A stretch of DNA of 38,169 bases from positions 1 to 38,169 of the forward strand of contig RFPZ01000002.1 in assembly GCA_009925905.1 (NCBI GenBank), read 5' to 3'. Position 1 is the stretch's first letter. The number at the start of each line of letters is the position of its first letter. Origin of the DNA: Candidatus Aquidulcis frankliniae (GTDB taxonomy: Bacteria; Chloroflexota; Limnocylindria; Limnocylindrales; Limnocylindraceae). Shown piece after piece: positions 24,966 through 33,866 of the stretch. Position numbers and translations under genes: made by a program. The notes under the pieces were generated by a model, which was given only the letters and a program-made list of their open reading frames with translations, had not been told where the DNA came from and ran no database searches.

Positions 24966-24980
24966 GCGCTCTGTGCAAGG

Positions 24981-25304
24981 CTAGGTTTGAAGTACCACCC
25001 AGCCCTGATCGTCAACGCTCACCACGTGAACCCCGAGCGGAATCTCTGCGGGTGGATCAAGTGGCTCCCCGCTCTCCAGGTCAAATCGCGAGAGATGTAA
25101 CGGGCAGGTCACCGTAGGCCGATCCACGGTGGCTGACGAAAGAAAGCCGCGATCGAGCTCACAGTACTCGTGGGTACAGACGCCGTCGACTGCCAAGAGC
25201 TTGCCGCCGCGATTCACCACCAGGATGGCACTGCCTCCTGGCCAGGCGAGACGCATGGTGCCGTCTGGAAGCTCGGCTGCTGGAAAGAGTCGCTCGGCGG
25301 GCAT
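24981..25304 (-). CDS. Rieske [2Fe-2S] ferredoxin-like protein (suf-operon associated)
   Basis: CTHEYC (CxH) and CPLHLSRF (CxxH) at Rieske spacing. 107 aa. Starts 9 nt after sufD. Confidence 0.85.
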   Translation of the reverse strand: MPAERLFPAAELPDGTMRLAWPGGSAILVVNRGGKLLAVDGVCTHEYCELDRGFLSSATVDRPTVTCPLHLSRFDLESGEPLDPPAEIPLGVHVVSVDDQGWVVLQT

Positions 25305-25313
25305 GCTTCGCGA

Positions 25314-26615
25314 TTAGGAGGCGAGTGCGGCGGGCTGCTTCACCAGCGCAGCGTCAAGTTTTGCGGCAAGCACCTCGCGCAGTCGCTCTGCCTCGGCATT
25401 GAGTGGGAGCGCAGCAACAACAGGCTCCAAGAAGCCCATCACGATCGTGCGACGCGCTTCGGCATCCGTTAGCCCTCGTGAACGCAGATAGAAGATCTGA
25501 GCTGGATCAATTGGTCCGACAGAGCTGCCATGCGCCGCGCGCTCGCAGTCCGGCTGGTCAATCCATAGCGATGGAATCGCCACGCTGCGCGCCGTCTTTG
25601 AGAGAAGCATCCCGAACTCACCGAGATACGAGTTCGTGCCCCGTCCGCTGCGCGGAATCGTCGTGACCCCCTTGATGTACCCGCGTGCGTTTCCGGCGAA
25701 CACACCCTTGGCCAACAGATCTCCGACCGTCTTCTGGCCAGAATGGAGGCTATAGGTGGTGAGGTCGTGGATCTGATCGCCTGCACCAAAGACGACTTCA
25801 ACCTGGCGAACGCCAGATCCGTCGCCTGCAAGCAGGTGATCAATGCGACCGCGCACAAGCCGCGCGCCCACCTGCGCGACTGCGAGCTGCAGCTGCGCCT
25901 TCTCGCCAAAGGTGTGTCGGCGTACCGTCACATAGGCGCGATCCTCGGGGAGGTCTTGGATCGAAGAGAGGGCGAGCGATGCGCGGGCGCCGAGCGTGAT
26001 CTCGCTGCTCGTTGCCAAGAGTGAGGTTGCAGCGCCAGCAGCTGCAGCACTCCCGTTTATCTCTTCCACAATCGAGGCCTCTGCGCCATCGCCAAGTGCC
26101 ACCGCAATCCGGGCAATCAATGAAGTGCCCACCTCGGGGGCAAGGATGCGAATCACGATCGGTGCGGCGAGTCGGCCAGCGCCGAGACTGATGGAGACGC
26201 CTGTATTCCAGAGCGCGGCGATTAGCGCAGCGGTGCGATCCTCGGCGGCACCGGCCATCGGCGTTGCGGCATTGAGTGGCGCGATTTTTAGGCCAGCCGC
26301 TGAGGCCTCCGCACCGATGTATGCGCCAACGCCAGCGCTTGAGATCTCAATGAGCGCAGCGGCACCCTCCGGAAGTGCAGCGTCGGAAAGCGTTCGAATC
26401 TCCTGCGATAGAACCGCCGGGGCGGCGCGCTCCACCTCAGCCGCTCGCAGGTCAACGTACCCGGTGAAGAGTAGGTTTGACTCTGTTGGAAGGGCGTGAA
26501 ACGCGGCGAGTGCCGCTGCACGCTCAGAGAGCCCAGGGCCGCCTGCGCTGAGCTTGGTGATCGTTTCGGTGGTTGCCCACTCAAGTGGAAGGTCAGCGAG
26601 TGCGCGGCGGGTCAC
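25314..26615 (-). CDS. sufD: Fe-S cluster assembly protein SufD
   Basis: C-terminal AAHGSSVGPIDPAQIFYLRSRGLTDAEARRTIVMGF. The GTG start overlaps the sufB TGA. Confidence 0.9.
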   Translation of the reverse strand: MTRRALADLPLEWATTETITKLSAGGPGLSERAAALAAFHALPTESNLLFTGYVDLRAAEVERAAPAVLSQEIRTLSDAALPEGAAALIEISSAGVGAYIGAEASAAGLKIAPLNAATPMAGAAEDRTAALIAALWNTGVSISLGAGRLAAPIVIRILAPEVGTSLIARIAVALGDGAEASIVEEINGSAAAAGAATSLLATSSEITLGARASLALSSIQDLPEDRAYVTVRRHTFGEKAQLQLAVAQVGARLVRGRIDHLLAGDGSGVRQVEVVFGAGDQIHDLTTYSLHSGQKTVGDLLAKGVFAGNARGYIKGVTTIPRSGRGTNSYLGEFGMLLSKTARSVAIPSLWIDQPDCERAAHGSSVGPIDPAQIFYLRSRGLTDAEARRTIVMGFLEPVVAALPLNAEAERLREVLAAKLDAALVKQPAALAS

Positions 26616-28015
26616 CCGAGGGCCCCCTCCATCTCCAGTCGAATCAGACGATTGAACTCAAGCGCGTACTCCATCGGCAACTCCTTGGTGAAAACTTCAA
26701 GGAAGCCCTGAACGATGAGATTCGTTGCCTCATTCTCCGTCATTCCGCGGCTCATCAGGTAGAAGATTTGATCATCAGAGACGCGACCCACCGTGGCCTC
26801 GTGGCTCATTGAGGTGTCGTCCTCTTGGATATCGATGTATGGGTACGTCTCGGAGCGGCTCCCTTCATCGAGAATTAGCGCATCACAGCGAACGCTGGTT
26901 GTGACACCCGTTGCGCCGGGGGCCACGCGCACCGTACCGCGATACGTTGCCACGCCGCCGTCCTTACAGACAGACTTACCTACGATGCGGCTGGTGGTAT
27001 TTGGTGCAAGGTGCACCGCCTTCGCACCAGTGTCTTGGTGCTGCCCCTTTGAGGCCACGGCAACGGAGACGATTTCAGCGTGTGCTTTCTCGCCCAGAAG
27101 GTAGATGCCTGGGTACTTCATAGTGAGTTGTGCACCCGTGTTTGCGTCAATCCACTCAACGGTGGCTCCAGCGTGCGCATGGGCTCGCTTCGTAACGAGG
27201 TTGTAGACATCATTCGACCAGTTCTGAATGGTGGTGTAGCGAACCTTTGCGCCTGGAAGCGCAATCACCTCGACAACGGCAACGTGAAGCGAGTCGGTTG
27301 CCCAGTTTGGCGCGGTGCAGCCCTCGATGTAATGCAGGCTTGCTCCCTCATCGACAACAATGAGCGTGCGCTCAAATTGCCCGGTGTTCTGGCCATTGAT
27401 ACGGAAGTAGGCCTGCAGCGGGAGTGGTACATCGACTCCCTTCGGCACGTAGACGAATGAACCACCCGACCAGACTGCCGAGTTCAGGGCTGCAAATTTG
27501 TTGTCCTCTGCTGGCACAACGGTACCGAAGTACTTCTTGAAGATCTCTGGGTACTCTTTCATCCCCTGGTCGGTGCCCATGAAGACGACGCCAAGCTTCT
27601 CAAGATCTTCGCGTACAGAGTGATAAACAACTTCAGAGTCGTATTGCGCGCCAACGCCGGAGAGGAACTTGCGCTCCGCCTCTGGAATACCAAGGCGCTC
27701 GAACGTCTTCTTGATCTGGTCAGGGACGTCGTCCCATGACTTCTCTTCGCGCTCGGATGGCTTGCGGTAGTAGACGATCTTCGAGAAGTCGAGCTTCGTC
27801 AGGTCACCGCCCCACATCGGCATCGCCCGCGCCTCAAAGTGCTTGTATGCGCGCAGGCGGTACTCCAGCATCCAAGCTGGCTCTTCCTTCGTCTCCGAGA
27901 TCTCCCGGACCGTCGCCTCAGTGAGGCCAGCCTTCGTCTCGCGCAGGTAGGCGATGTCGTCGTGGAAGGCGTACTGCTCCCGTTCGTCGCGAACCGTCTC
28001 CTTAGCGACCGTCAT
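26612..28015 (-). CDS. sufB: Fe-S cluster assembly scaffold SufB
   Basis: Motifs EPAWMLEYRLRAYKHF, IQNWS and SHEATVGRVSDDQIFYLMSRGMTENEATNLIVQGF. GAGGAGG SD. Confidence 0.95.
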   Translation of the reverse strand: MTVAKETVRDEREQYAFHDDIAYLRETKAGLTEATVREISETKEEPAWMLEYRLRAYKHFEARAMPMWGGDLTKLDFSKIVYYRKPSEREEKSWDDVPDQIKKTFERLGIPEAERKFLSGVGAQYDSEVVYHSVREDLEKLGVVFMGTDQGMKEYPEIFKKYFGTVVPAEDNKFAALNSAVWSGGSFVYVPKGVDVPLPLQAYFRINGQNTGQFERTLIVVDEGASLHYIEGCTAPNWATDSLHVAVVEVIALPGAKVRYTTIQNWSNDVYNLVTKRAHAHAGATVEWIDANTGAQLTMKYPGIYLLGEKAHAEIVSVAVASKGQHQDTGAKAVHLAPNTTSRIVGKSVCKDGGVATYRGTVRVAPGATGVTTSVRCDALILDEGSRSETYPYIDIQEDDTSMSHEATVGRVSDDQIFYLMSRGMTENEATNLIVQGFLEVFTKELPMEYALEFNRLIRLEMEGALG

Positions 28016-28057
28016 GGAGCCTCCTCTTCCCTGTTGGACCGTTCGGGGTAATCCCGA

Positions 28058-28070
28058 CTGATCGTATCAG
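28058..28070 (-). promoter_or_regulatory. extended -10 (TGaTACGAT) for sufB lying inside palindrome CTGAT-N3-ATCAG; flanked by AATCC/GGATT arms (28050..28074)
   Basis: Minus strand reads AATCCTGATACGATCAGtcGGGATT, about 45 nt upstream of the sufB ATG. Confidence 0.35.
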
Positions 28071-28089
28071 GATTGGGCAGTTGCCCCGA

Positions 28090-31000
28090 TTAGGCAGCCT
28101 TGACCTTATTGCCGCGCGAGAGCCCCTGCTTGAGGCCGTCAATCAAGCTGTACACCACTGGCACCACGAGCAGGGTAAGGAGCGTGGACGAGAGGAGTCC
28201 ACCAATCACCACCGTGCCGAGCTCGGCGGCAATGATCGAACCCTCGCTCGGCCCCGCCGCGAGCGGCAAGAGCGCCAGGATCGTTGCGACCGCCGTCATC
28301 AAGATCGGACGTACCCGTGTTGCGCCAGCGCGCAGAAGGGCCTCCTTCGTCGGAACCCCCTCATGGCGCAGCTGTTCAACGCGGTCGAGCAGCACGATGG
28401 CGTTCGTCACCACGATCCCAATCAACATTAGGAACCCAATGAGGGCCGAGATGCCGATAGGACGATTCGTGATCAAGAGTGCCGGGAATGCGCCGATCAC
28501 GGCGAGTGGCAGGCTGAACATGATGACCAGTGGATCCACCAGCGAGTTGAAGACCAGCACCATGGTCAGGTACACCAGCAAGATTGCAACGGCCATCGCC
28601 GTGAAGAGGCCACTGAACGACTCGTTCTGCTGTTCCGTCACGCCGGCAAGCCGAACATCAACCTTGCTCAGCTTCCCTGCATCCTGAAGTTCGGTGACTG
28701 CGGTCTTCACCGCGGTATTCACGGCTCCTGTGTCTGCTACAGCGATCTCGCCGCTCACATTGGCGGCCAGCGACTGGTCGATGCGCGTAATGCTTGATGG
28801 GACAGAGAGCTCCTCAATTGTTGCGATGCTGCTCAGCGGTACCTTCTTTGCACCGCCAACCAGATACGCACCCAGCTGCGTGATGTCGCTGACAGAGCTG
28901 CTATCAATCTTGAGCGAGAGGCTTACCTTCGCGCCGTCGATCGTGATCTGCCCGAGCTGCGAACCAACCAAGAGATTGCGCACCTCCCCGGCCACTTGCG
29001 CCGCCGAGAGACCGGCCATCGCAGCAGCAGATGGATTGACCGTGATCTCAATCTGACGCCCCGCCTTCACAAGATCACTCTTCACGTTTGCGAGATTGCT
29101 ATTCGCGGCGAGCGTCGTAACGATGAGATCAGACGCCGCTTCAACATCCGCGGCGCGCTCACCAGTGACTATCACCGAGATAGCATTGGAGCCGGCAGCA
29201 AAGCCGATCTCTTCGACCGTCACGGTCCATCCCTGCGTGCCCACCTCAGCGAGCGATTCCGCCAAGCGAGTTTTTGCTTCGGCGAGATCGGTATCAGCAT
29301 TGAGGACAACCGTCATGCGCGCGGCATTCGGCGCTCGCCCTGTAGTTGCGGCGACTAGCGTTTGCGTCCCAGTGGCATCCGCACTTGGGATCGAGGTCGT
29401 CACGAGTTCAACGGTTTCGTCCTTGGCAAGAATCTCGTAAGCGACACGGCTGCGCGTCAGAACGCGTTCGGTAGAGGTGCCGAGCGGCGGATTCACCGTC
29501 ACTGTCAGGACCTTCTCACTTCCGCTATTCAGGAACTGGGTCGGAATTGAGCCTGCGAGGGAGGTTGCCCCGATGAAGAGGCTGAAGGCGATCAGCAGGG
29601 TGGCAAACTTTGTAGCGCGACGTCGCAGCGCAAGCCCAAGCACTGGAAGATAGAGGCGTCCCCAGATGGAGACCTCTTCGTGGTCGGTGTCGACCGCATA
29701 CGGAATCGTTGCCTTGGAACCCTTCACCTTGACCAGGAAGTAGGCGAGGACTGGGATGACGGTCAGTGCCACGACCAGCGACGCCAGCAGCGCGTAGGTT
29801 ACCGTCAGCGCAAATGGAAGGAAGAACTGACTAATCAAGCCGCCCACAACGCCGAGGGGCAAGAAGACGGCAATGGTTGTGATGGTTGAGCTGGTGATCG
29901 CCGAGGAGACCTCACGTGTGCCGTTCAGCACTGCTTCACCAATCGGCTCACCTTGGCTGCGGTGTCGGTAGATGTTTTCGAGCACCACAATGGAGTCGTC
30001 AACGACCCGGCCAACCGCTACGGCGAGACCGCCAAGGGTCATGATGTTGATGGTGATGCCAGTCGTTGACATCAGGATGATCGCCGCCAAGACACTCAGC
30101 GGAATGCTCACCGCGGCAACAATTGTGGAACGCAGGTTGAGCAAGAAGACAAAGATGACAACTACGGCGAAGGCTGCCCCGAGGCCGCCCTCTTTTACGA
30201 GCGCATCAATTGATTCGAGGATGAAGATTGATGAGTCGGTCACGATCGAGTGCTTGACCTGCGCATCGTGCGCGGCTGCAAACTCTTCAATTGCGGCGAT
30301 GGAGTCCTGAGCTGTAGAGACGGTATTCGCATCGGCTGACTTGCTGACGCTAATGGTCAGGCCAGGGGTCCCGTTCGTCTCGGACCAGCCGGTGGTGTGC
30401 ACCTCTGCGAGCGAAACAGTCGCAACGTCTTTCAAGAAGATCGGGTACGGCTGGCCCGTTGGGGTGACGCCGCCGCCGACAATGAGGTTTTCAAGATCAG
30501 CAACTGACGTGAAGCGACCGGTTGCCGAGACGGGCACCAGGCTGGTGCCGACTGGGAGTTGGCCGCCCGGATAGGTCAGGTTGTTCGCCTGAATGAGACC
30601 TTGCACCTGCGACATGGTCACGCCGGTCGCGGCGGCCTTGGCTGCGTCAAGTTGAATAAACGCCTGGGTCTCAACGCCACCCGAGAGATCGGCGGCGGAG
30701 ATGCCGCTGATGCCACGAATGCTCGGCATCAGCTCGCTCTGCGTGAGAGCCGCAAGTTCGGTCAGTGTTGTATTGCCCTTTGGGGTCAGGGTAGCGATGA
30801 CTACAGCAGATGAGTTGATATTGAAGTTGCGAACAACTGGCGTAACCCCCGAGGGGAGCCGGGAAGTTGCGATGGCCGATTCAATCTGACGAAGGATCTC
30901 CTTGACGTCGCTCCCGTAGGCGAACTGCGCAGAGACGAATCCGAGCCCAGTCGTCGAGACGGAGCGGAGCGACTCAACCCCAGCGACTGAGGCGACGGCG

Positions 31001-31209
31001 GCCTCAATCGGCGCGGCCACCTGCTCGGCCACATCGGCGGTGCCTGCCCCGGGGTATGGGGCAATAATCGTGACGATTGGGAAATCGATGTTTGGAAGCA
31101 GCTCCTGCTTCAGGCTCCCCCAGCTCGCCACGCCCCCGCCGAAGATTGCGAGTGCGATCAGAATGGTCACGCTGCGTCGAGCGACCGCGAGCTTGGTCAA
31201 GAAAAACAT
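28090..31209 (-). CDS. RND-superfamily efflux permease (AcrB/SwrC-like), no adjacent adaptor
   Basis: 1039 aa with AcrB-type topology (TM1, large loop, TM2-7, large loop, TM8-12). N-terminus MFFLTKLAVARRSVTILIAL. GAGGGGG SD. Confidence 0.88.
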   Translation of the reverse strand: MFFLTKLAVARRSVTILIALAIFGGGVASWGSLKQELLPNIDFPIVTIIAPYPGAGTADVAEQVAAPIEAAVASVAGVESLRSVSTTGLGFVSAQFAYGSDVKEILRQIESAIATSRLPSGVTPVVRNFNINSSAVVIATLTPKGNTTLTELAALTQSELMPSIRGISGISAADLSGGVETQAFIQLDAAKAAATGVTMSQVQGLIQANNLTYPGGQLPVGTSLVPVSATGRFTSVADLENLIVGGGVTPTGQPYPIFLKDVATVSLAEVHTTGWSETNGTPGLTISVSKSADANTVSTAQDSIAAIEEFAAAHDAQVKHSIVTDSSIFILESIDALVKEGGLGAAFAVVVIFVFLLNLRSTIVAAVSIPLSVLAAIILMSTTGITINIMTLGGLAVAVGRVVDDSIVVLENIYRHRSQGEPIGEAVLNGTREVSSAITSSTITTIAVFLPLGVVGGLISQFFLPFALTVTYALLASLVVALTVIPVLAYFLVKVKGSKATIPYAVDTDHEEVSIWGRLYLPVLGLALRRRATKFATLLIAFSLFIGATSLAGSIPTQFLNSGSEKVLTVTVNPPLGTSTERVLTRSRVAYEILAKDETVELVTTSIPSADATGTQTLVAATTGRAPNAARMTVVLNADTDLAEAKTRLAESLAEVGTQGWTVTVEEIGFAAGSNAISVIVTGERAADVEAASDLIVTTLAANSNLANVKSDLVKAGRQIEITVNPSAAAMAGLSAAQVAGEVRNLLVGSQLGQITIDGAKVSLSLKIDSSSVSDITQLGAYLVGGAKKVPLSSIATIEELSVPSSITRIDQSLAANVSGEIAVADTGAVNTAVKTAVTELQDAGKLSKVDVRLAGVTEQQNESFSGLFTAMAVAILLVYLTMVLVFNSLVDPLVIMFSLPLAVIGAFPALLITNRPIGISALIGFLMLIGIVVTNAIVLLDRVEQLRHEGVPTKEALLRAGATRVRPILMTAVATILALLPLAAGPSEGSIIAAELGTVVIGGLLSSTLLTLLVVPVVYSLIDGLKQGLSRGNKVKAA

Positions 31210-31321
31210 GGAACCCCCTCTTTTCGCCGATTGAAGTGGGCAGCAGAGCCCAGCAGGCGTAGTATCGCGGAATCCCGCCGAGGATGCTGCGGGGCTGAAG
31301 AATCGTTAAGGGGGGTTAATC

Positions 31322-31756
31322 ATGACCACACGAACCGCGACCGCCACTTGGAACGGAACGCTTCTCGAGGGTTCGGGGGCAATCACCTCGTTTGAGAGTG
31401 GTGCGATCGGCACACTTCCAGTGAGTTGGCCCCGTCGATCTGAGGAGCATGGTGGTTCCACCTCTCCTGAAGAGTTGCTTGCAGCGGCGCACGCCTCCTG
31501 TTTCGCCATGGCGCTCTCGGGCGGCCTCGCGCGCAATAACACACCGGCGAAGCACCTCGACGTTTCAGCAACTGTGACGTTTGAGAAGGTCGAAGCGGGC
31601 TGGCGCGTCACGAAGTCGGCGCTCACCCTGAGAGGTGAAGTGCCGGGTCTGGATTACGACAAATTTGCAGAGATTGCCGAAGGGGCGAAGGGCGGCTGCC
31701 CAATCTCCGCAGCGCTGGCGGGGAATGTCGAGATCACCCTTTCGATTCCCGACTAG
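31322..31756 (+). CDS. osmC: OsmC-family peroxiredoxin
   Basis: N-terminus TATATWNGTLLEGSG with two conserved Cys contexts (HASCFAMAL, GCPIS). 144 aa. Confidence 0.88.
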   Translation: MTTRTATATWNGTLLEGSGAITSFESGAIGTLPVSWPRRSEEHGGSTSPEELLAAAHASCFAMALSGGLARNNTPAKHLDVSATVTFEKVEAGWRVTKSALTLRGEVPGLDYDKFAEIAEGAKGGCPISAALAGNVEITLSIPD

Positions 31757-33087
31757 GCCTCGTCGCGCACCGAGCGTATCGCCGCGGCGGTCCCGCGCGC
31801 GATGCGCGCAATCTCCTCGTCGCCAATGACGAACGGTGGGCCGATCACGAGCTGGTCGCCATCTACCCCGTTGGCTTGCCCTGTCGCGCTATAGAGAAGG
31901 AGTCCGACATCAGCCGCGTTCTTGGCATGCGCCAACACACGCTCGGTAACGCGCGTGGCTCGTGCATGTGGCGCCTTGCTCGTACGGTCGGCAACCAGCT
32001 CAATTCCGAGGAGGAGTCCGCGCCCGCGAATCTCGCCAACCCACGGATCGTTGGCGAGCTCCGCGCTGAGCGCTGCGCGAAGCTGGTCGCCTCGTGCTGT
32101 AGCAGTCTCGACCAGGTTCTCGTCGCGCAGGATCTTCAGCACGGAACGTGCGACTGCGGCGCCAGGAATCGAGTGGCTGTAGGTGAAGCCGTGGACAAAT
32201 CCGCTCGCCAAGATCGGCTCAGCTACATGACCAGCCGCGGCAACAAAGCCGAATGGCCAATAGCCACTCGTGACCCCCTTAGCGGCGAGCAGAAGGTCTG
32301 GCTGCAGGTTCCAATGATTTACACCGAACCAGGTTCCCGTTCTGCCGAACCCAGTCATCACTTCATCGGCAATGAGTAACACCCTGTTTCGCGCACACCA
32401 GGCGCTCACTGCGGGCCAGTAGTCGTCGGGTGGCACGGCGGCGGCGAGCGTCGCACCGGCGATCGGTTCCGCAACAAAGGCAGCGATGCGTCCTGGGCCA
32501 ACACGCGTGAGTAGCGCATCAAGTTCAGCGATGGCTTCTGCGCCACTGCCAATCGCGTTCGCGCCGTCAAGGCCTGCGCGATAGGCATACGGGGCCGAAA
32601 CATGTTCAAAGCGCCCGAGCCACGGCTCATATGGTCGGCGTAAGCCAGTTCGACCGGAGAGGTCAAGTGCCCCCAACGTGTTGCCGTGATAACTCCCCCA
32701 CCGGCTCACCACGACGGTGCGATCGGGCTCACCCTTTGCGAGCCAGTAGGCGCGCACCATTTTGAGTGCGGTCTCCGCCGCCTCTGATCCGCCCGAGACC
32801 GGGTAAAGCGACGGGTCACTCATCGGCAGCAGAGGGCCAACCTCACTCGCCCACGCTTCGAGCGCCTCGGCGGTGAAGGCGCTCCCGTGTGCGTACGCGA
32901 TCTTCGCCATCTGCGCGGCGGCGGCATCGGCAACGGCACGTCGCCCGTGACCAATCCCCACAACAATCGCGCCGCCAGCGGCATCAAGGTAGCGACGCCC
33001 AGTGCTGTCCGCGATATAGGCGCCATCGCTCGTTGCGGCGAATGGGAGCGCGGAGCCACCGCGACTAAAGATCCTGCCGCTACTCAC
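31753..33087 (-). CDS. class-III aminotransferase (BioA/omega-transaminase-like), substrate unknown
   Basis: Motifs SGGSEAAETALKMVR, GSYHGNTLGALDLSG, DEVMTGFGRTGTWFG and AAKGVTSGY. The GTG start overlaps the CoA-transferase B stop (GTGA). Confidence 0.82.
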   Translation of the reverse strand: MSSGRIFSRGGSALPFAATSDGAYIADSTGRRYLDAAGGAIVVGIGHGRRAVADAAAAQMAKIAYAHGSAFTAEALEAWASEVGPLLPMSDPSLYPVSGGSEAAETALKMVRAYWLAKGEPDRTVVVSRWGSYHGNTLGALDLSGRTGLRRPYEPWLGRFEHVSAPYAYRAGLDGANAIGSGAEAIAELDALLTRVGPGRIAAFVAEPIAGATLAAAVPPDDYWPAVSAWCARNRVLLIADEVMTGFGRTGTWFGVNHWNLQPDLLLAAKGVTSGYWPFGFVAAAGHVAEPILASGFVHGFTYSHSIPGAAVARSVLKILRDENLVETATARGDQLRAALSAELANDPWVGEIRGRGLLLGIELVADRTSKAPHARATRVTERVLAHAKNAADVGLLLYSATGQANGVDGDQLVIGPPFVIGDEEIARIARGTAAAIRSVRDEA

Positions 33088-33866
33088 GAAACGTACGCAC
33101 CAGTTGGATCAAGCTCCTCACGAATCAGTCGCAGCTCTTCGTCGGTTGGCGTCGGCGTCGCCGGAACGTTCGGTGGGATGCGGATCTCCCAGCCAATGGA
33201 TGCACGAATCTCATCAATGGTTGCGCCAGGATGCAGGCTACGCAGCACCATCTCTCCATCATCATCAAACCCGTAGACGCCAAGGTCGGTGATCACGCCC
33301 GACGGTCCGCTCCCGCCCCACCCTTGCGCCGCACGAGTTTTTGCGGCCGTGACAGCACCGCCGAGGTTCCCGGGAGAGGTGCGGAAGTCGAGTTCCTTCA
33401 CAAAGCTCCGCGTGCTCTGGCGCATGATCACCAGAATCTCTTTGGCGTTAATCGCGATCTCACATGCGCCGCCTGACCCTGGGAGACGCGTCTTCGGCGC
33501 AGCGTAGTCACCGATCACTGTCGTGTTTAGGTTGCCGAAACGGTCGATCTGAGCGCCACCGAGGAACCCTACATCGATGCGGCCCCCCTGCAAATAAAGG
33601 CCGAAGAGGTCGTGCATGGAGACTGTTGCAGTGGAGCCAGTCACGATCGTTGGATCACCAATTGAAAGTGGGAGTCGTGCAGGATTTGCCCCGAAGACGC
33701 CCGCCTCGTAGACCAGCTCCATCTCTGGTGCGACGGTCCGCTTCGCCAAGTTCACCGCGATGTTTGGGAGGCCGACCCCCACAAAGCAGATGCGCTTTCC
33801 GGTCAGGGCGTGCGCCGATGCGACGACCATCAGTTCGCTCTTGCTGGCTGGGCGCTGGCCGCTCAT
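33084..33866 (-). CDS. family I CoA-transferase, beta subunit (GctB/3-oxoacid-type)
   Basis: Motifs CFVGVGLPN and LVYEAGVFG (putative catalytic Glu context). About 260 aa. ATGA overlap with the alpha subunit. Confidence 0.8.
   Translation of the reverse strand: MSGQRPASKSELMVVASAHALTGKRICFVGVGLPNIAVNLAKRTVAPEMELVYEAGVFGANPARLPLSIGDPTIVTGSTATVSMHDLFGLYLQGGRIDVGFLGGAQIDRFGNLNTTVIGDYAAPKTRLPGSGGACEIAINAKEILVIMRQSTRSFVKELDFRTSPGNLGGAVTAAKTRAAQGWGGSGPSGVITDLGVYGFDDDGEMVLRSLHPGATIDEIRASIGWEIRIPPNVPATPTPTDEELRLIREELDPTGAYVS

Noticed and set aside
24968-24990. IdeR/DtxR-like iron box (AGGCTAGGTTTGA) upstream of the mbfA promoter
   Set aside because: It matches only about half of the 19-bp TTAGGTTAGSCTAACCTAA palindrome. 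There is no second half-site, and it overlaps the 3' end of the Rieske gene.
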